Part shown: one piece after another, positions 13,089 through 24,790 of the stretch
How positions within the stretch are numbered: the first letter of the stretch is position 1
How the letters are laid out: each line of letters begins with the position of its first letter
Source of the DNA: Podarcis pityusensis
Taxonomy: Eukaryota
Length of the DNA stretch: 64,000 nucleotides
NCBI GenBank assembly: GCA_964106645.2
Contig: OZ067046.1
Strand: one strand, 5' to 3'
The notes under the pieces: generated by a model
Told to the model about the DNA's origin: nothing
Database searches by the model: none
Seen by the model: only the letters and a program-made list of their open reading frames with translations
Position numbers and translations under genes: made by a program

Positions 13089-13578
13089 TTGTTGTTGTTT
13101 AGTCATTTAGTTGTGTCCAACTCTTCGTGACCCCATGGACCAGAGCACTCCAGGCACTCCTGTCTTCCACTGCCTCCTGCAGTTTGGTCAAACTCATGCT
13201 GGTAGCTTTGAGAACACTGTCCAACCATCTTGTCCTCTGTCATCCCCTTCTCCTTGTGCTCTCAATATTTCCCAACATCAGGGTCTTTTCCAGAGAGTCT
13301 TCTCTTCTCATGAGGTGGCCAAAGTATTGGAGCCTCAGCTTCAGGATCTGTCCTTCCAGTGAGCACTCAGGCCTGATTTCATTCAGAATGGATAGGTTTG
13401 CTCTTCTTGCAGTACATGGGACTCTCAAGAGTCTCCTCCAGCACCATAATTCAAAAGCATCAATTCTTCGGCGATCAGCCTTCTTTATGGTCCAGCTCTC
13501 ACTTCCATACATCACTATTGGGGAAACCATAGCTTTAACTATACGGACCTTTGTTGGCAAGGTGATGTCTCTGCTTTT
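13089..13578 (-). mobile_element. BovB (RTE) LINE 3' fragment
   Basis: KSRDITLPTKVRIVKAMV..IDAFELWCWRRLLRVP..LKLRLQYFGHLMRREDSLEKTLMLG; (CAA)n tail. Confidence 0.93.
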
Positions 13579-13930
13579 AGAATCATAGAATCGTAGAGTT
13601 GGAAAGTACCCCAAGGTTCATCTAGTCCAACCCCCTGTAATGCAGGAATCTCAACTAAAGCATCCAAAACTGATGACCATCCAACCTCTGCTTAAAAACC
13701 TCAAGTGAAGGAGAGCCCACAATCTCCTGAGGGAGTCCATTCCAATGCTGAACGGCTCTTACTGTCAGAAAGTTCCTCCTGATATTTAGTCAGAATCTCT
13801 CTTCTTGTAATTTGAAGCCATTGGTTTGTCTTCTACCCTCCAGAGCAGGAGAAAACAATCTTGTTCCCTCTTCCATGTGACAGCCCTTCAAATATTTGCA
13901 GATGGCTATCATATCTTCTCACAGTCTTTT
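13579..13930 (-). mobile_element. CR1 LINE 3' end
   Basis: agaatcatagaatcgtagagttggaa... is the reverse complement of the CR1 (ATTCTRTG)n terminus, followed by the 3' UTR/ORF2 end. Confidence 0.85.
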
Positions 13931-14747
13931 CCAGGCATAGCAACCACAAGGCCAGTAGCAAGTTCTTCTAACATCATCAGTCAGGACACCTCCATACAAT
14001 ATTTAGTGCTGAATTAATCTAGCACCACTTTAAGGATGTTCACTGCTTCCTCCCCTCATACAGTCTATGGGTGACTTTGTGCATTTCAAAGGCATTAGGA
14101 GCAGGACATTCACTGTTGCAGCACTTGCCTTATGGAAATCCCTTCCTACTGACCTTAGATAAGCACCAACTGTGTTAAACTTCCTTCAGAGTTTTCTGTT
14201 TCCATGGCCTTTCTCTGAAATGTGACCCCAGCAACATGCAACATTGATCAATGTGATTTTATTTTCTTCTGAATTTCATGTGGCATATTGCATTCTTCCG
14301 TTGTATGCTGCTCTGGTTTTTTTAAATGTGTGTAATTAATTAACTAAAATAATGTTTTTTATTTTATTGCAACTTGTGAAGTGCACGTGTGTTTGATGAA
14401 TTTACTGTTGCATTTTTCTCTGTATGACAGAATCCAGTATAACAATTTTATATGCCATTTGGTTGTATTTGAGTTTATTTCCAGTGGACATTTTATTTTT
14501 ATTTTTTGTATTTATGGGGAAATCTTTGGCTATGATATCTATCACTGGAAAACAGTCACACTGGTTTGTTGTTTTGGGTACAGAAAGGATGGTACAAGAA
14601 GAAGAAGTCAAAATTAGGCATTCTATTAACAGGTGGAGCCTTCCTGTTGGCTGTAGGTGCAGTATGCAGGTGTCAATATCTGAAACAGATACACAAGAAT
14701 GCAGGACACTGCTTTCTCTAATTCCTGAATGGTGTATGTGTGTGTGC

Positions 14748-14749
<2 letters not shown>

Positions 14750-14787
<38 letters not shown>
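14750..14787. repeat. (GA)n microsatellite
   Basis: Direct inspection. Confidence 0.95.
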
Positions 14788-14791
<4 letters not shown>

Positions 14792-15379
14792 CAGGGTAAG
14801 TTGTAGGCAAGAGAACAGAACCAAGTCATCTGGACTGCAGCAGAGCAGAGCACTCACTTTGCTTTTGTGATGAGAGAAGGATTGCGTTTCGTTGAGAAGG
14901 TCTCTCTCCCAGCTCATCCAAGCAAATGACCAAATAACTCACAGCATTTCCAGACTGCCACTCTTTCCCTATTCAATCACATACTGGCAGGTTGCACAAG
15001 AAAGTTGATTTGGAACTCTTGCGTAACAAAACCCACCCGCTTTTTTTTTGCAATAAGGAAAGTGATGGCAAAATGCACTGGGGAGCATGAGATGATAACA
15101 TTTGCTCGAGGCAACATTGTCTAACCTCCCTGCAGACAGATCAGAATGAATGATTGATTTAACAGCCATTGCTGTTACCCTTGATGCAAGCATAGCAAGA
15201 TGACTGCTCAATAAAAGGTTGCTTCCTTTGCCTGTCTTAAAACTTACAACATTCAGTTTCACTGGATGGTCCCACGTTCTGGTATTACGAGAGAAGAAGA
15301 AAAAACCTCCTTATCAACTTCTCCATACCATCCATGTGTAAATTTATACACTGTTATTCGTTCCCTTCCCTAAACTAAT

Positions 15380-15736
15380 TGTTGTTGTTGTTTAGTCATT
15401 TAGTCGTGTCCAACTCTTCGTGACCCCATGGACCAGAGCACGCCAGGCACTTCTGTCTTCCACTGCCTCCCACAGTTTGGTCACACTCATGCTGCTAGCT
15501 TCGAGAACACTGTCCAACCATCTCATCCTCTGTCGTCCCCTTCTCCTTGTACCCTCAATCTTTCCCAACATCAGGGTCTTTTCCAGGGAGTCTTCTCTTC
15601 TCATGAGGTGGCCAAAGTATTGGAGCCTCAGCTTCACAATCTGTCCTTCCAGTGAGCACTCAGGGCTAATTTCCTTAAGAATGGATGCATTTGATCTTCT
15701 TGCAGTCCATGGGACTCTCAAGAGTCTCCTCCAGCA
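15380..15736 (-). mobile_element. BovB 3' fragment inserted in an older CR1-like remnant
   Basis: BovB C-terminal peptide; (CAA)n tail; 12-bp TSD ccctaaactaat at 15368-15379 and 15737-15748. Confidence 0.92.
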
Positions 15737-17943
15737 CCCTAAACTAATAAGCCCCAAATATTGTAGCTTCAGACTTTTCCACACAGGGAAGTTTTCCCAG
15801 CCCTTCCGTCATTTTAGTTGCCCATTTTCTGAACTTTTCCAAGATCTACCATAACATTTTGATGTGCAGCAGAAGCCCCAGAGTGAACTGCTAATCATTC
15901 CTGTTGCCAGTCACTGCTCTCTCCACACCCCTCTTCATTGGAGCAGGAACAGGGAGGCCAGATTCGGCCATAGGTCCTCCAGTTGATGATCCCCAAACTA
16001 ATGTGCATCCAGGACTATGAGACTGTAAATCTCATTTTCCTGTTTTGAATAATACTGATACACTTCCATATAGCAGTAATAGAATTCACGCAGAATACTG
16101 TATGCAAAGAGAGCAAATCTAGATGGGACCTAGCTGAATTTCCGAAGAAGAAGAAGAAGAAGAAGAAGGAAGAAATGCAGCCAGAGCAAATAAACCTGCA
16201 GTCTTCTCAAACTCAAGCAGGCCTTTGTTTTGAAGAGTTGCTTATCTAGATGGAAGCCCTTTGAATGAACAATAAAGTGAAGTAAATTTTAAGTACAGCA
16301 TCACAGAGTCTCTCTGTGCGTTCTTTATCCAAAGGACTCAGGAGGACACCTTTAGAGGAACAAGATCTGAAGTGCAATCTGGAAGAATTCAAGGGTACAA
16401 CAGTATTGAAGATAATCAGATTCCGTTTCAAAGGCAAAAAAGAAAAGAAAAAAGTAATGAGACGCTCATTTCTGCTGGTTGGTGATGCAGGGATAAATGA
16501 ATCATTTAAGCTGTAGTTCTCTATAGACCTACCTGGAAGGTTAGCCTTAGTCGGCTCGGTGGAGCTTACTTCTGAGTAGACATGCACAGGATTGTACTAT
16601 TCAAGTTCTACCTCCACACCTGTATTTAAATAACATTTAAATATAGGATGGCCTTTGGATCCAAGAATCCCTGCTGTGGGTCTGGCTGGCTCAAACTGTT
16701 TGCATGAAGCACATTTCCCAGGAGAAATCCAGCAAGCTCTGAAATCTTTCTAAAATGGATCTGAGGAAGAGTCACCTAATCCCTTGGTGCTGGTGTGATG
16801 GAAATTATTTGGGTCACCAAAACCTGGACTTGATCGTGCCGTTCTAAAGGCACTTATCTGACTACCACCCTCTCTGAAGCTGACATCTCTCTGTTGAGTG
16901 GCCAGGGATAATTAGCCGGATTATATGCATTTGGTAGGGAGAGCACTGTTTTTAGCATCGCAGTGCACTGGGAGGGCTCCTCTTTCTCTAGCCCCCTCCT
17001 CTTTAATTTTATGCCAGGATCTCTGTAGGAAGAAATCGCCTTGTCACCCAGCCTCTCCTATCAAAGGAGCGCACATGTGCTCTTTATTCTCCCCTGGTTT
17101 CATTGTCTTTTTTTGGTGCCTCCCTCTCCCTCTCTCCCTCCCTCCAAAAGATAGTCAAGACAAATGAAGACTTCATCACCATGATCACGGCCAGGACATC
17201 TGGGAAGGGATGGAAGAGAGACAGAGGCATGCACAGCAGAATAGCTAGAGAGAAACTGTGACAGCAAGTCTGCGTCATTCTGGGATGTGGGGTTTCGAAG
17301 CAGAAGTGAAAGTGGTAGCGTTGCCCGTAGGCAATGAGGCTAGATAATGACAGGAAGGGGGGGGGTGAAGGTCCCTGAGGGCCATTGTGATGGAGGAAAG
17401 GGAAGGCAAAAAGAGGCGTCTGCACAGGCAGTTGATAGGGGTGTGTTTGTGTGTGTGTGTGTTTGAGAATGAGGGTCCTTGCTGGAATTTGCAAAATGAC
17501 TTTTCTTGTCAATTGCTATGTGTGTGCTCTCTTCTCTCCCATAGGGGAAAAAAATTGCTCTTGAGGGATACTACTAGCAGTTTTTAATCCACATTAAGGA
17601 AGGAAAGATTAGTAGTGGCTGTTGCTGATCAGGTTGCGTTTTCTAAGGAGTCTGAAGCCTGTCTAAAGCGTGGGGCTTGGAAGTCTTTCCTACTGATCCC
17701 AGGTGTATAAAAGTTGGTCATTTCGTATCCATGGCTTGTGAAGGGAAGATGCTAAGCATATGCCGAAAGCCACTCTTTTCTGAGTGTTTCTTATGTTTCA
17801 GGACATATGACTTGGCCACGGGAACAGACTTAATAAGGAGACTCATGTTTAAGCCTAAATGGGATCTCTGGAAAGTCTTCAGTTGCGAAGAAGAGGAGCT
17901 TTAATTAAACCGGTTTGCAAAGGGAGTCCTTCGGACTTGATGG

Positions 17944-18098
17944 TGGCGTAGCTCAGAGGCAGAGCACAATGCGAAAGGTTCCGGGTTCAATCCCAGACAT
18001 TTCCAGTCAGGGTTGAGAGAGACTCATTGTCTCCAGTTGACAATACTGAGGCAGAAGAACGAATAGTCTCCTCGCTATAAACCATCTCCTTATGTTCC
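17944..18098 (+). mobile_element. Old tRNA-headed SINE next to the promoter
   Basis: A-box tagctcagagg, B-box ggttcaatccc, non-tRNA body ending cttatgttcc. Confidence 0.65.
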
Positions 18099-18099
18099 C

Positions 18100-18775
18100 A
18101 AGTGGGAGGGCGTAGCACTTGGAAGAAAAGGCGCTCTGCACACGCTCAGAGGTGCGGGATCAACAATATGTCATTGCCATCGCTTAAGATTTCCAGAGAA
18201 TATGAGCCCCGAGGTTCTGGGGCGGGCCTCTTGACGGAGGACTCGCTGCCGCCCCAACTCTCGCTAGAGAGAGAAAGGACAACATACACCCACAAGAGAG
18301 GCCCTGAAACCATGTTGCAAAATAAAATAAAAAATTAAAAATCCTCCTGGGGCGGAGTAGCGGGGCGGAGTCAGCCAGGAGAAAGAAGAAGAAGGAGAAG
18401 AAGAGGTGGGGTTTGGAAGCCTGTTGCCCCCTGGAGTGGAGGGAAAGGGACTTGGGAGCGGAGGCAACTTGCGCGCGTCCTGCGTCTGAGCGCGCCACGC
18501 GTTTGGCAACGGGAGAAACCGACGCGATGTAGGATCGGGGCGGCGGGGGTTTGGCTCAGGGGATCGGGGCCCCAGCCCAGCCCAGGCTCGCCCCCTCACC
18601 TCCTCCTCTGCTTTGGTCGATTGGCGTCTGCCAGGCTCCCTCGCTGGCTCTCCAAGGCAAGCAGCAGGCACATCGAGCGTGTGGCTGGGAAGAGCGGGTG
18701 CGCCGGTGGCAGTGGTGGTGGGTTCGCTTCCCTCCCTCTCCTCCTCTCCACTCCACCCCGCTCCTCTTCTTCTCC

Positions 18776-18820
<45 letters not shown>

Positions 18821-18923
18821 CCCCCCACCCCGCCTCTCCTCCTTTTCGCGGCTGTGTGATCCCTGGACAAGGCGTTTAGTGACGGGGGAACGTGCTACCA
18901 GGCTTAAAGTATGGCAAGCAAAG
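18100..18923 (+). promoter_or_regulatory. CpG-island promoter / 5' UTR of GABRA4
   Basis: High CpG density against a CpG-depleted background; two GC boxes GGGGCGGAG (18349-18357, 18362-18370); inverted CCAAT (ATTGG 18620-18624); directly upstream of the ATG. The TSS cannot be placed from sequence alone. Confidence 0.8.
18777..18818. repeat. (TC)n microsatellite in a polypyrimidine tract, probable 5' UTR
   Basis: About 21 perfect TC units, ~105 nt upstream of the ATG. Confidence 0.95.
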
Positions 18924-19006
18924 ATGGTTTCTGCCAAGGAGCCAGCGATCGCGATGCCTTGGGGTCTGTCTGTCACCTTCCTACACTTCCTGTGCCTGAC
19001 GACCTG
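18924..19006 (+). CDS. GABRA4: GABA-A receptor alpha-4, coding exon 1 (signal peptide)
   Basis: aagATGG start; MVSAKEPAIAMPWGLSVTFLHFLCLTT resembles the alpha-4 signal peptide; donor TG|gtgagt (phase 2). Confidence 0.93.
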
Positions 19007-19225
19007 GTGAGTAGCAGGGCAGCATCCCCATCCCACCCCTCCGTCCAATTCCCTGGCACCCCTTACTTGATGCCCCGGATTTGGGAAGGGGAGAGAGAGA
19101 GGAAGAAGGTGAGTTGGCGAGGGCTAAATCAAAGCTGCCACCTCTCTCTCCCCGCCTCTCCTTTCTTCTTGCCTCTTTCCCACTAAAATGCTTTTGTGCT
19201 TCCACCCCCCCCCACTCCCTTGTAG

Positions 19226-19344
19226 CCTCACCGTGCTCCCGGGACAGCTGAAAAAGGAGGAGAAATTATGGCCGGAGAATTTCACGCGCATCCTGGACCG
19301 TCTCCTGGATGGTTATGACAACAGGCTGCGTCCTGGATTTGGGG
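19226..19344 (+). CDS. GABRA4: GABRA4 exon 2
   Basis: Acceptor ttgtag|; (C)[39 protein letters not shown]; donor G|gtatgg; 119 nt. Confidence 0.96.
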
Positions 19345-21984
19345 GTATGGTTACTGTGTACGGTCCCTGCTGTCTGTGCTGAGTCTGCCTGTGTGTCTTG
19401 TCTGTGGGGGAAATTCGCCTAGGTATGCTTCTGTGCCTTTCCAAACCAAAACAAAAACAAAGTAATGATGATGGTTGATTTTCTCTTGTTGTGTGCCTTC
19501 CACAAACCATGTTGAACCCATTTCCCTCCTCCAGCTCTGCTATATCTGATCACTTGGATGGGGAAGGGGGGGGGGAGAAAAGGAAGGGAGAGCCTTCTGA
19601 TTCTTTACATCCCCCCTCCTACAAAAGAAAGAGAACCACATTCCAGATTGTGGCACCCAAAGCTGCTCCTTCGATGCTTAGAAACGCCACAGCCACCCAC
19701 TGGTTCTAGCACAGCTGCTCAGACCAGTTTCCTGGGTCCTGTTTTGGATTTCGGTGGCAGCTTGTCAATCAAAATTCCGCTACATGCTTAACATGAGCAG
19801 GGAGGAAGTTTGGTCTCCTCCTCCGAGTTCACATCCTTGGCGATCCAGCAGTGGCAAGGCGGCTCCGGGGAACCTTCCTCCCTGCCAGTTTCGGCTACCT
19901 CCTCTCCCCTGCCCCTCTCTGATTTCTGCCACATTAAGCAGAGAAAACAGGGATTTAGCAGCTGGGCCCCCATTCCTCCCCACCCCCCCCCCGCCCAACC
20001 TCATCTGCAGATTGTGTACATGGTGGTAGGAGAGAAGTTGAGAGTTGGTTGCCTGGATCCTGCCACTTTGGGGGCAGCAATCGCTTGGCATTCTGTCAAA
20101 GGAGAGCAAATGCAGCTGCTGCTTCTGATTAAAAACACACCCGCACACTCCGGCAGTGAGGCTATGGGAGGGTTTTTTGGTTTTTTAAAATAAATCTTGC
20201 ACCTGCATCTGATGATCTTGGCAACAACGTTCACATCGAAAGCCCCATCCTTTGCAGGCGGTAGCAGCAGAAAGTGGAACGCCCCCTTCTTTAGCTCGCA
20301 TTTATGCCCCCTCAATTTTTTTAGCTCTCGTCCAATACATGGGGACCTCCAGATTTTGTAGCAGCCGCTCATCCTGGCTTCGCTTAATTGCTGCCCTCGC
20401 CGCTGCATTAATTATACTTGTTCATTTTTCTGATTTAGCAGGTTGGGTGGCTGAACTTTGAGTCAACCCATGGCCAGATTTGTGGGTTGCATTTGTGACA
20501 TAGGAGGTGCAAAAAGTCCCACAGGATCAAGCAACACTCCGCCTCCCCTGTGCTTCCATGACAAAGTGTTGAGGGCTGGCTGCAGCTCTTCCTTGTTTCT
20601 GGAAACGGGCATGTGTCAAAATGTAGGATGAGGCGATGGAGTTATTTCGGAGGCTACTATGCAACCAGCACTGAGCAAAGACTTTGCTGCGGCTTGTTCT
20701 GTGAAAACATTGTGCTTCTTTCTTTAAGTGCTTAGTTTAGACATGTGATACACCTACGCTGGCATCTATGCCGGTAATTTCCAGATATGCTGTTACCCAG
20801 TGCAGTCATAATGGGAAGCAACTTGGCACTATCAGTTCCTGCTTATTTTAGACATCTTTTCAGTAGAGTTGGGCTGCTCTGAGGTCTGTTGAAGAACACG
20901 AAGCATAGATGAAGTTAACCTTATGAAAACATGACACTCAACCAGCGACACGATGGTTTTCTTGTCTCTTTTATACATTTCTCTCCAGCGTGCATGCACA
21001 GATATTGTCTGATCAGAAATCACATAGATGTTTTGCATGTGTTTTTGTGAGATGATAGCTTTTACTTGATCCACTTTGGTTGGCATAAGGTTCTGGAAAC
21101 TTTTGAGTTACAGTAGAAAACTTTACCAAGAAGATTAAAGGCAGCCAATTTTTTCTAGCTCAGCTCCAAAGAACCGTAGCCCAAGTTAGACATAAAGAGA
21201 GCTTTTGGATTTATGGTTCTTGAACAGCAGCTCTCCATGTCACATGGCAAAGTCCTTTTGAGGGAGATTATGTGATACTGGATGCAGGACTAGTCTGAGA
21301 TATTTTGCTGCCTGAATCCAAGGACAATAAGATGACCAGACTGGTAGCTGGATTTTATTTCCAACACTGGCGATGGGGCATTATGCTTCCATAGAGAGCA
21401 ACAGACTAGCTTAGGGAATGCAGGCCAGGTCAGGCCACAAACACATCTCTGCCCCCCAGCAACTTGCTGCCACTCCCTGGCTCTCATGATTGGATACCCG
21501 AGGAAGCTGCCCCACACTGTCCAATGGTAGGGCCAGTCCTGATGGCATAGGAGACTACAATTCAAAGGGATGGGGAGGAATCAAAAAGTATACTGGACCC
21601 AACTGCTTAGGCACAGTATGAACTTATGCATGTTGTTCAAAACTAAGTCTCACTATAATCAGTGGGGGTTGCTGTCAAGTAAGTGAGTTTAAGACCGCAA
21701 CCCTAAAACAGTTCTTTTGCCTATATGTGGAACAAAATCAGACAACTACATGTAATGTTTAGAATATTTTCTCTCATCCCAACTATTTAATTGCTTCAAA
21801 CATGCATGTTTGCTTATTGAATAGCACACATGGGGCTTAAAGAGCTTAAGGTCTTTGAGTTATATGATGTTCTACTGACCCAAGAACTCAAAGGAATTGC
21901 TTCCTGCTAGTCTGTCCCCCGGCCACGTATCTTAAAAATGTTTAGAAGGCTAAAAAGGTGTACACACACAGTTAAGTCCAGTCG

Positions 21985-22124
21985 CACCAGAAGCGGTTTA
22001 GTCATGCTGGCCACATGACCCGGAAAGCTGTCTGAGGACAAACGCCAGCTCCCTTGGCCTGAAAGCAGAAATGAACGCTGCACCCCAAAGTCAAATTCAA
22101 CTAGACTTAACCATCCAGAGGTCC

Positions 22125-22130
<6 letters not shown>
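21985..22130 (+). mobile_element. Sauria SINE 3' half (older subfamily) followed by (CA)n
   Basis: tagtcatgctggccacatgacccgg...gtcctttac; (CA)n to 22159. Confidence 0.8.
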
Positions 22131-22161
<31 letters not shown>

Positions 22162-23364
22162 AAAATGATAACTTTTTTGTCTCTAAAGTGAAGCAAACAT
22201 TTGCATTAATAAGCAACTAGAGTCCCTACATGACTGAGAATCAGCCCCAGAAGTGTTGAATGAACAGATGTATCAGCTTCTGGCTCCACAATGATGTGTC
22301 CCACAAACCATAGCTGGCCTGCTAAAATGCATGATCTCATCTATTTTACATCTTGTGCAGATTTCATACTCACCTGAGAAAGAGGCTGTTAATCTTTCTG
22401 GAATAAATGCCAATTTTAGGGTCCCATAAATGATTATATGTCACATTATCTATCTGAGGCACATAAAGTCATATAATTGAGAGGTACCCTCAGGGGCCAT
22501 TTGATGGTTGGAGAGTCAGTGGTTCAGATAAATAGGAGTATTGCTACACAGGATTCACACTGAGATGACTCTAGATTGGGGTGGGATTCCTGTGACTAAA
22601 AGATTGCACACATGACGGTCTGCCTAATTTCAAAGTAGGGCAGCCATCACCAACAACATAAAGAAAAAGAGTAAATGGATAACATAAAAATAGTTATAAA
22701 GGGCAGAGATTCGCATATAATTTTCATGGGCTGCCCTTTATAACTATTTTAGAAATAATTGCTATAATTTAAATACATCTCACCAGAGTGGAGAAGACTG
22801 TGACCAGGTGACTTGTCTACTTGCTCATCTTCTCTCCTAATGATAACTGCTGATGGACAAGTTCTGCCTTCACTTAAGTATATATTTAAATTGGGTCACA
22901 CTGGGCAGCAGGGGTGCCATCTTGAATAAAATATTGGAGTGGCAGGTAAGGCCCACCCCACATAATCAATCACAGGACGCGATGCACACACACCAATTGA
23001 ATGGCAATGCCCATCAACTTTGGGGGCCACCCTGCCCCCCTCAAAATTTTTATTGGGTGGTGGGCAAAGGGACCTTAGCTCCTCGGAGTTGTCTCCTATG
23101 CAGAGGAAGGTGCTTCCATATAGAGGAATGCTCTCTGTAAAGTATGGCGCATGGGTGTTCTCTGTCAAAATCCCCCTGCAAGCAATTTGTTCAAACCTGT
23201 GGGAAGAGTGACCTGTTCCTCACCAGTGACCTGCTAGGCATGGGGTGGAGGAGGGCTGGCAGAAAGAGAGGGGGAAAGGGGTGATTTGATCCATTTTCAG
23301 TTCCTAACCCTACCCACTGCTGGCTTTGACCCCACCCACAGCTGGCTTGCAGCCCCTGAAAGAT

Positions 23365-23753
23365 AAAAAGGTAAAGGTAAAAGACCCCTGACAGTTAAGT
23401 CCAGTCGGAGATGACTCTGGGGTTGCGGCGCTCATCTCGCTTTACAGGCCGAGGGAGCCGGCGTTTGTCCGCAGACAGTTTTTCCGGGTCATGTGACCAG
23501 CATGACTAAGCCGCTTCTGGCGCAATGGAACACCGAAACCAGAGCAGCAAATGGAAACACCGTTTACCTTCCCACCACAGTGGTACCAATTTATCTACTT
23601 CCACTGGCATGCTTTCGAACTGCTATGTAGGTTGGCAGGAGCTGGGACCAAGCAACGGGAGCTCACCCCGTCGCAGGGATTCAAACCGCCAACCTTCTGA
23701 TCGGCAAGCCCAAGAGGCACAGTGGTTTAGACCACAGCGCCACCCGCACACCC
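23365..23753 (-). mobile_element. Sauria SINE (variant subfamily)
   Basis: aaaggtaaaggtaaaagacccctg ... cagcgccacccgc; flanks cccctgaaagat / ccccggaaagat. Confidence 0.9.
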
Positions 23754-24399
23754 CCCCGGAAAGATGGTGACCCTTAAAAGGAGAAAAGGTTGTCCACCCT
23801 GGTCCAACATGGGGCAGATAGTGGATATTTGGGCTGCTTCAACAATTACAGTTATAGGTTTACACCTTAAGGAGAAATGTGTGTAAATGATACAAGCATG
23901 TGTTTGGAAACACTTTGTCTAGTACAGGTATGTCCGCTTGAGAGGCGAAGGTGTATGTTTGATGGCAAGCCCGGGTTATAACACCATCCCTGTACTCTGT
24001 AGGCTTGGTAGGCCCTACTCCAAGGGGCTTACAACCTCAAAAGAGACCCAAGCGGAACAGCAGAGGCAGAGGAAGGAAATTTAGGTAGGGTAAACAGGAG
24101 AAGGATGTGCAATTATTTCAAGTGCATGTACTTATTTTAGCTACATGTGACTGACAATGCAATCCTAGGCACGTCTCCTTGAAAGTCAGTCCCACTAAGC
24201 CTTATTGCCGGCCGGGTGTGCACAGGACTGCAGTCTTAGATGCAGTAGTAGGGTATTGTGAATAGGGGTTTGTTCCAAAGGCTTTGCAGAAAAAGAAGAG
24301 CTTTGAGGAGGGATCTGGAGGAAGTGAAGGTAGTTGGCTTCCTAGGTGTATTCTAGGAGTGGATCCTAGGCAGCCAGGGAGAAAAGATGGAGGAGTTTC

Positions 24400-24790
24400 A
24401 GGGAGCATTTGGACAGCTAAGGGTGGTGAAGCTGGATAAGTGAAGGTTTGTTGGGATACAAGCGCAGAGAGATGAGGACTCTAAAGGTAAGAACAATACA
24501 CTTGTGCAAAATATCATTACGAACAGGAAGCCAAAGCAGGAATTTAAGGATGGGCTTTATATGATCTTGAGTGATGAGGAAGGTGGAAAGCTTTGACAGC
24601 AGAATCATGGATGGACATAATGGACCAAGATGAAACAGTGGAAGACCACTTCAGGTGTGGAATGGGGCAGCTGATTCTTGTTGAATGAAGATCCAGCAGC
24701 AGACCTGGGGTTGCTGCCATGTAAATGAATGAAGCAACCTTGTAAACTAGGAATGTTGGAAAACTACCATGCATAAGATAGGGTTTACTT
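24400..24790 (-). mobile_element. Old L2-like LINE fragment
   Basis: Degenerate DHIKPILKFLLWLPV...ILHKCIVLTFRVL, an L2 ORF2 C-terminal motif. Confidence 0.6.

Noticed and set aside
1-18000. GABRB1 coding exons on the - strand
   Set aside because: No beta-subunit peptide recognised by eye or in the ORF track; likely further left. A short diverged exon could have been missed.
17944-18005. tRNA gene
   Set aside because: A/B boxes only, with no complete cloverleaf, and followed by a SINE body; the same applies to the Sauria and Squam3 heads.
18264-19048. ER/SL-repeat ORFs and an in-frame TTG-started N-terminal extension of GABRA4
   Set aside because: Artefacts of the CpG island plus (TC)n; the ATG at 18924 matches the known alpha-4 N-terminus.
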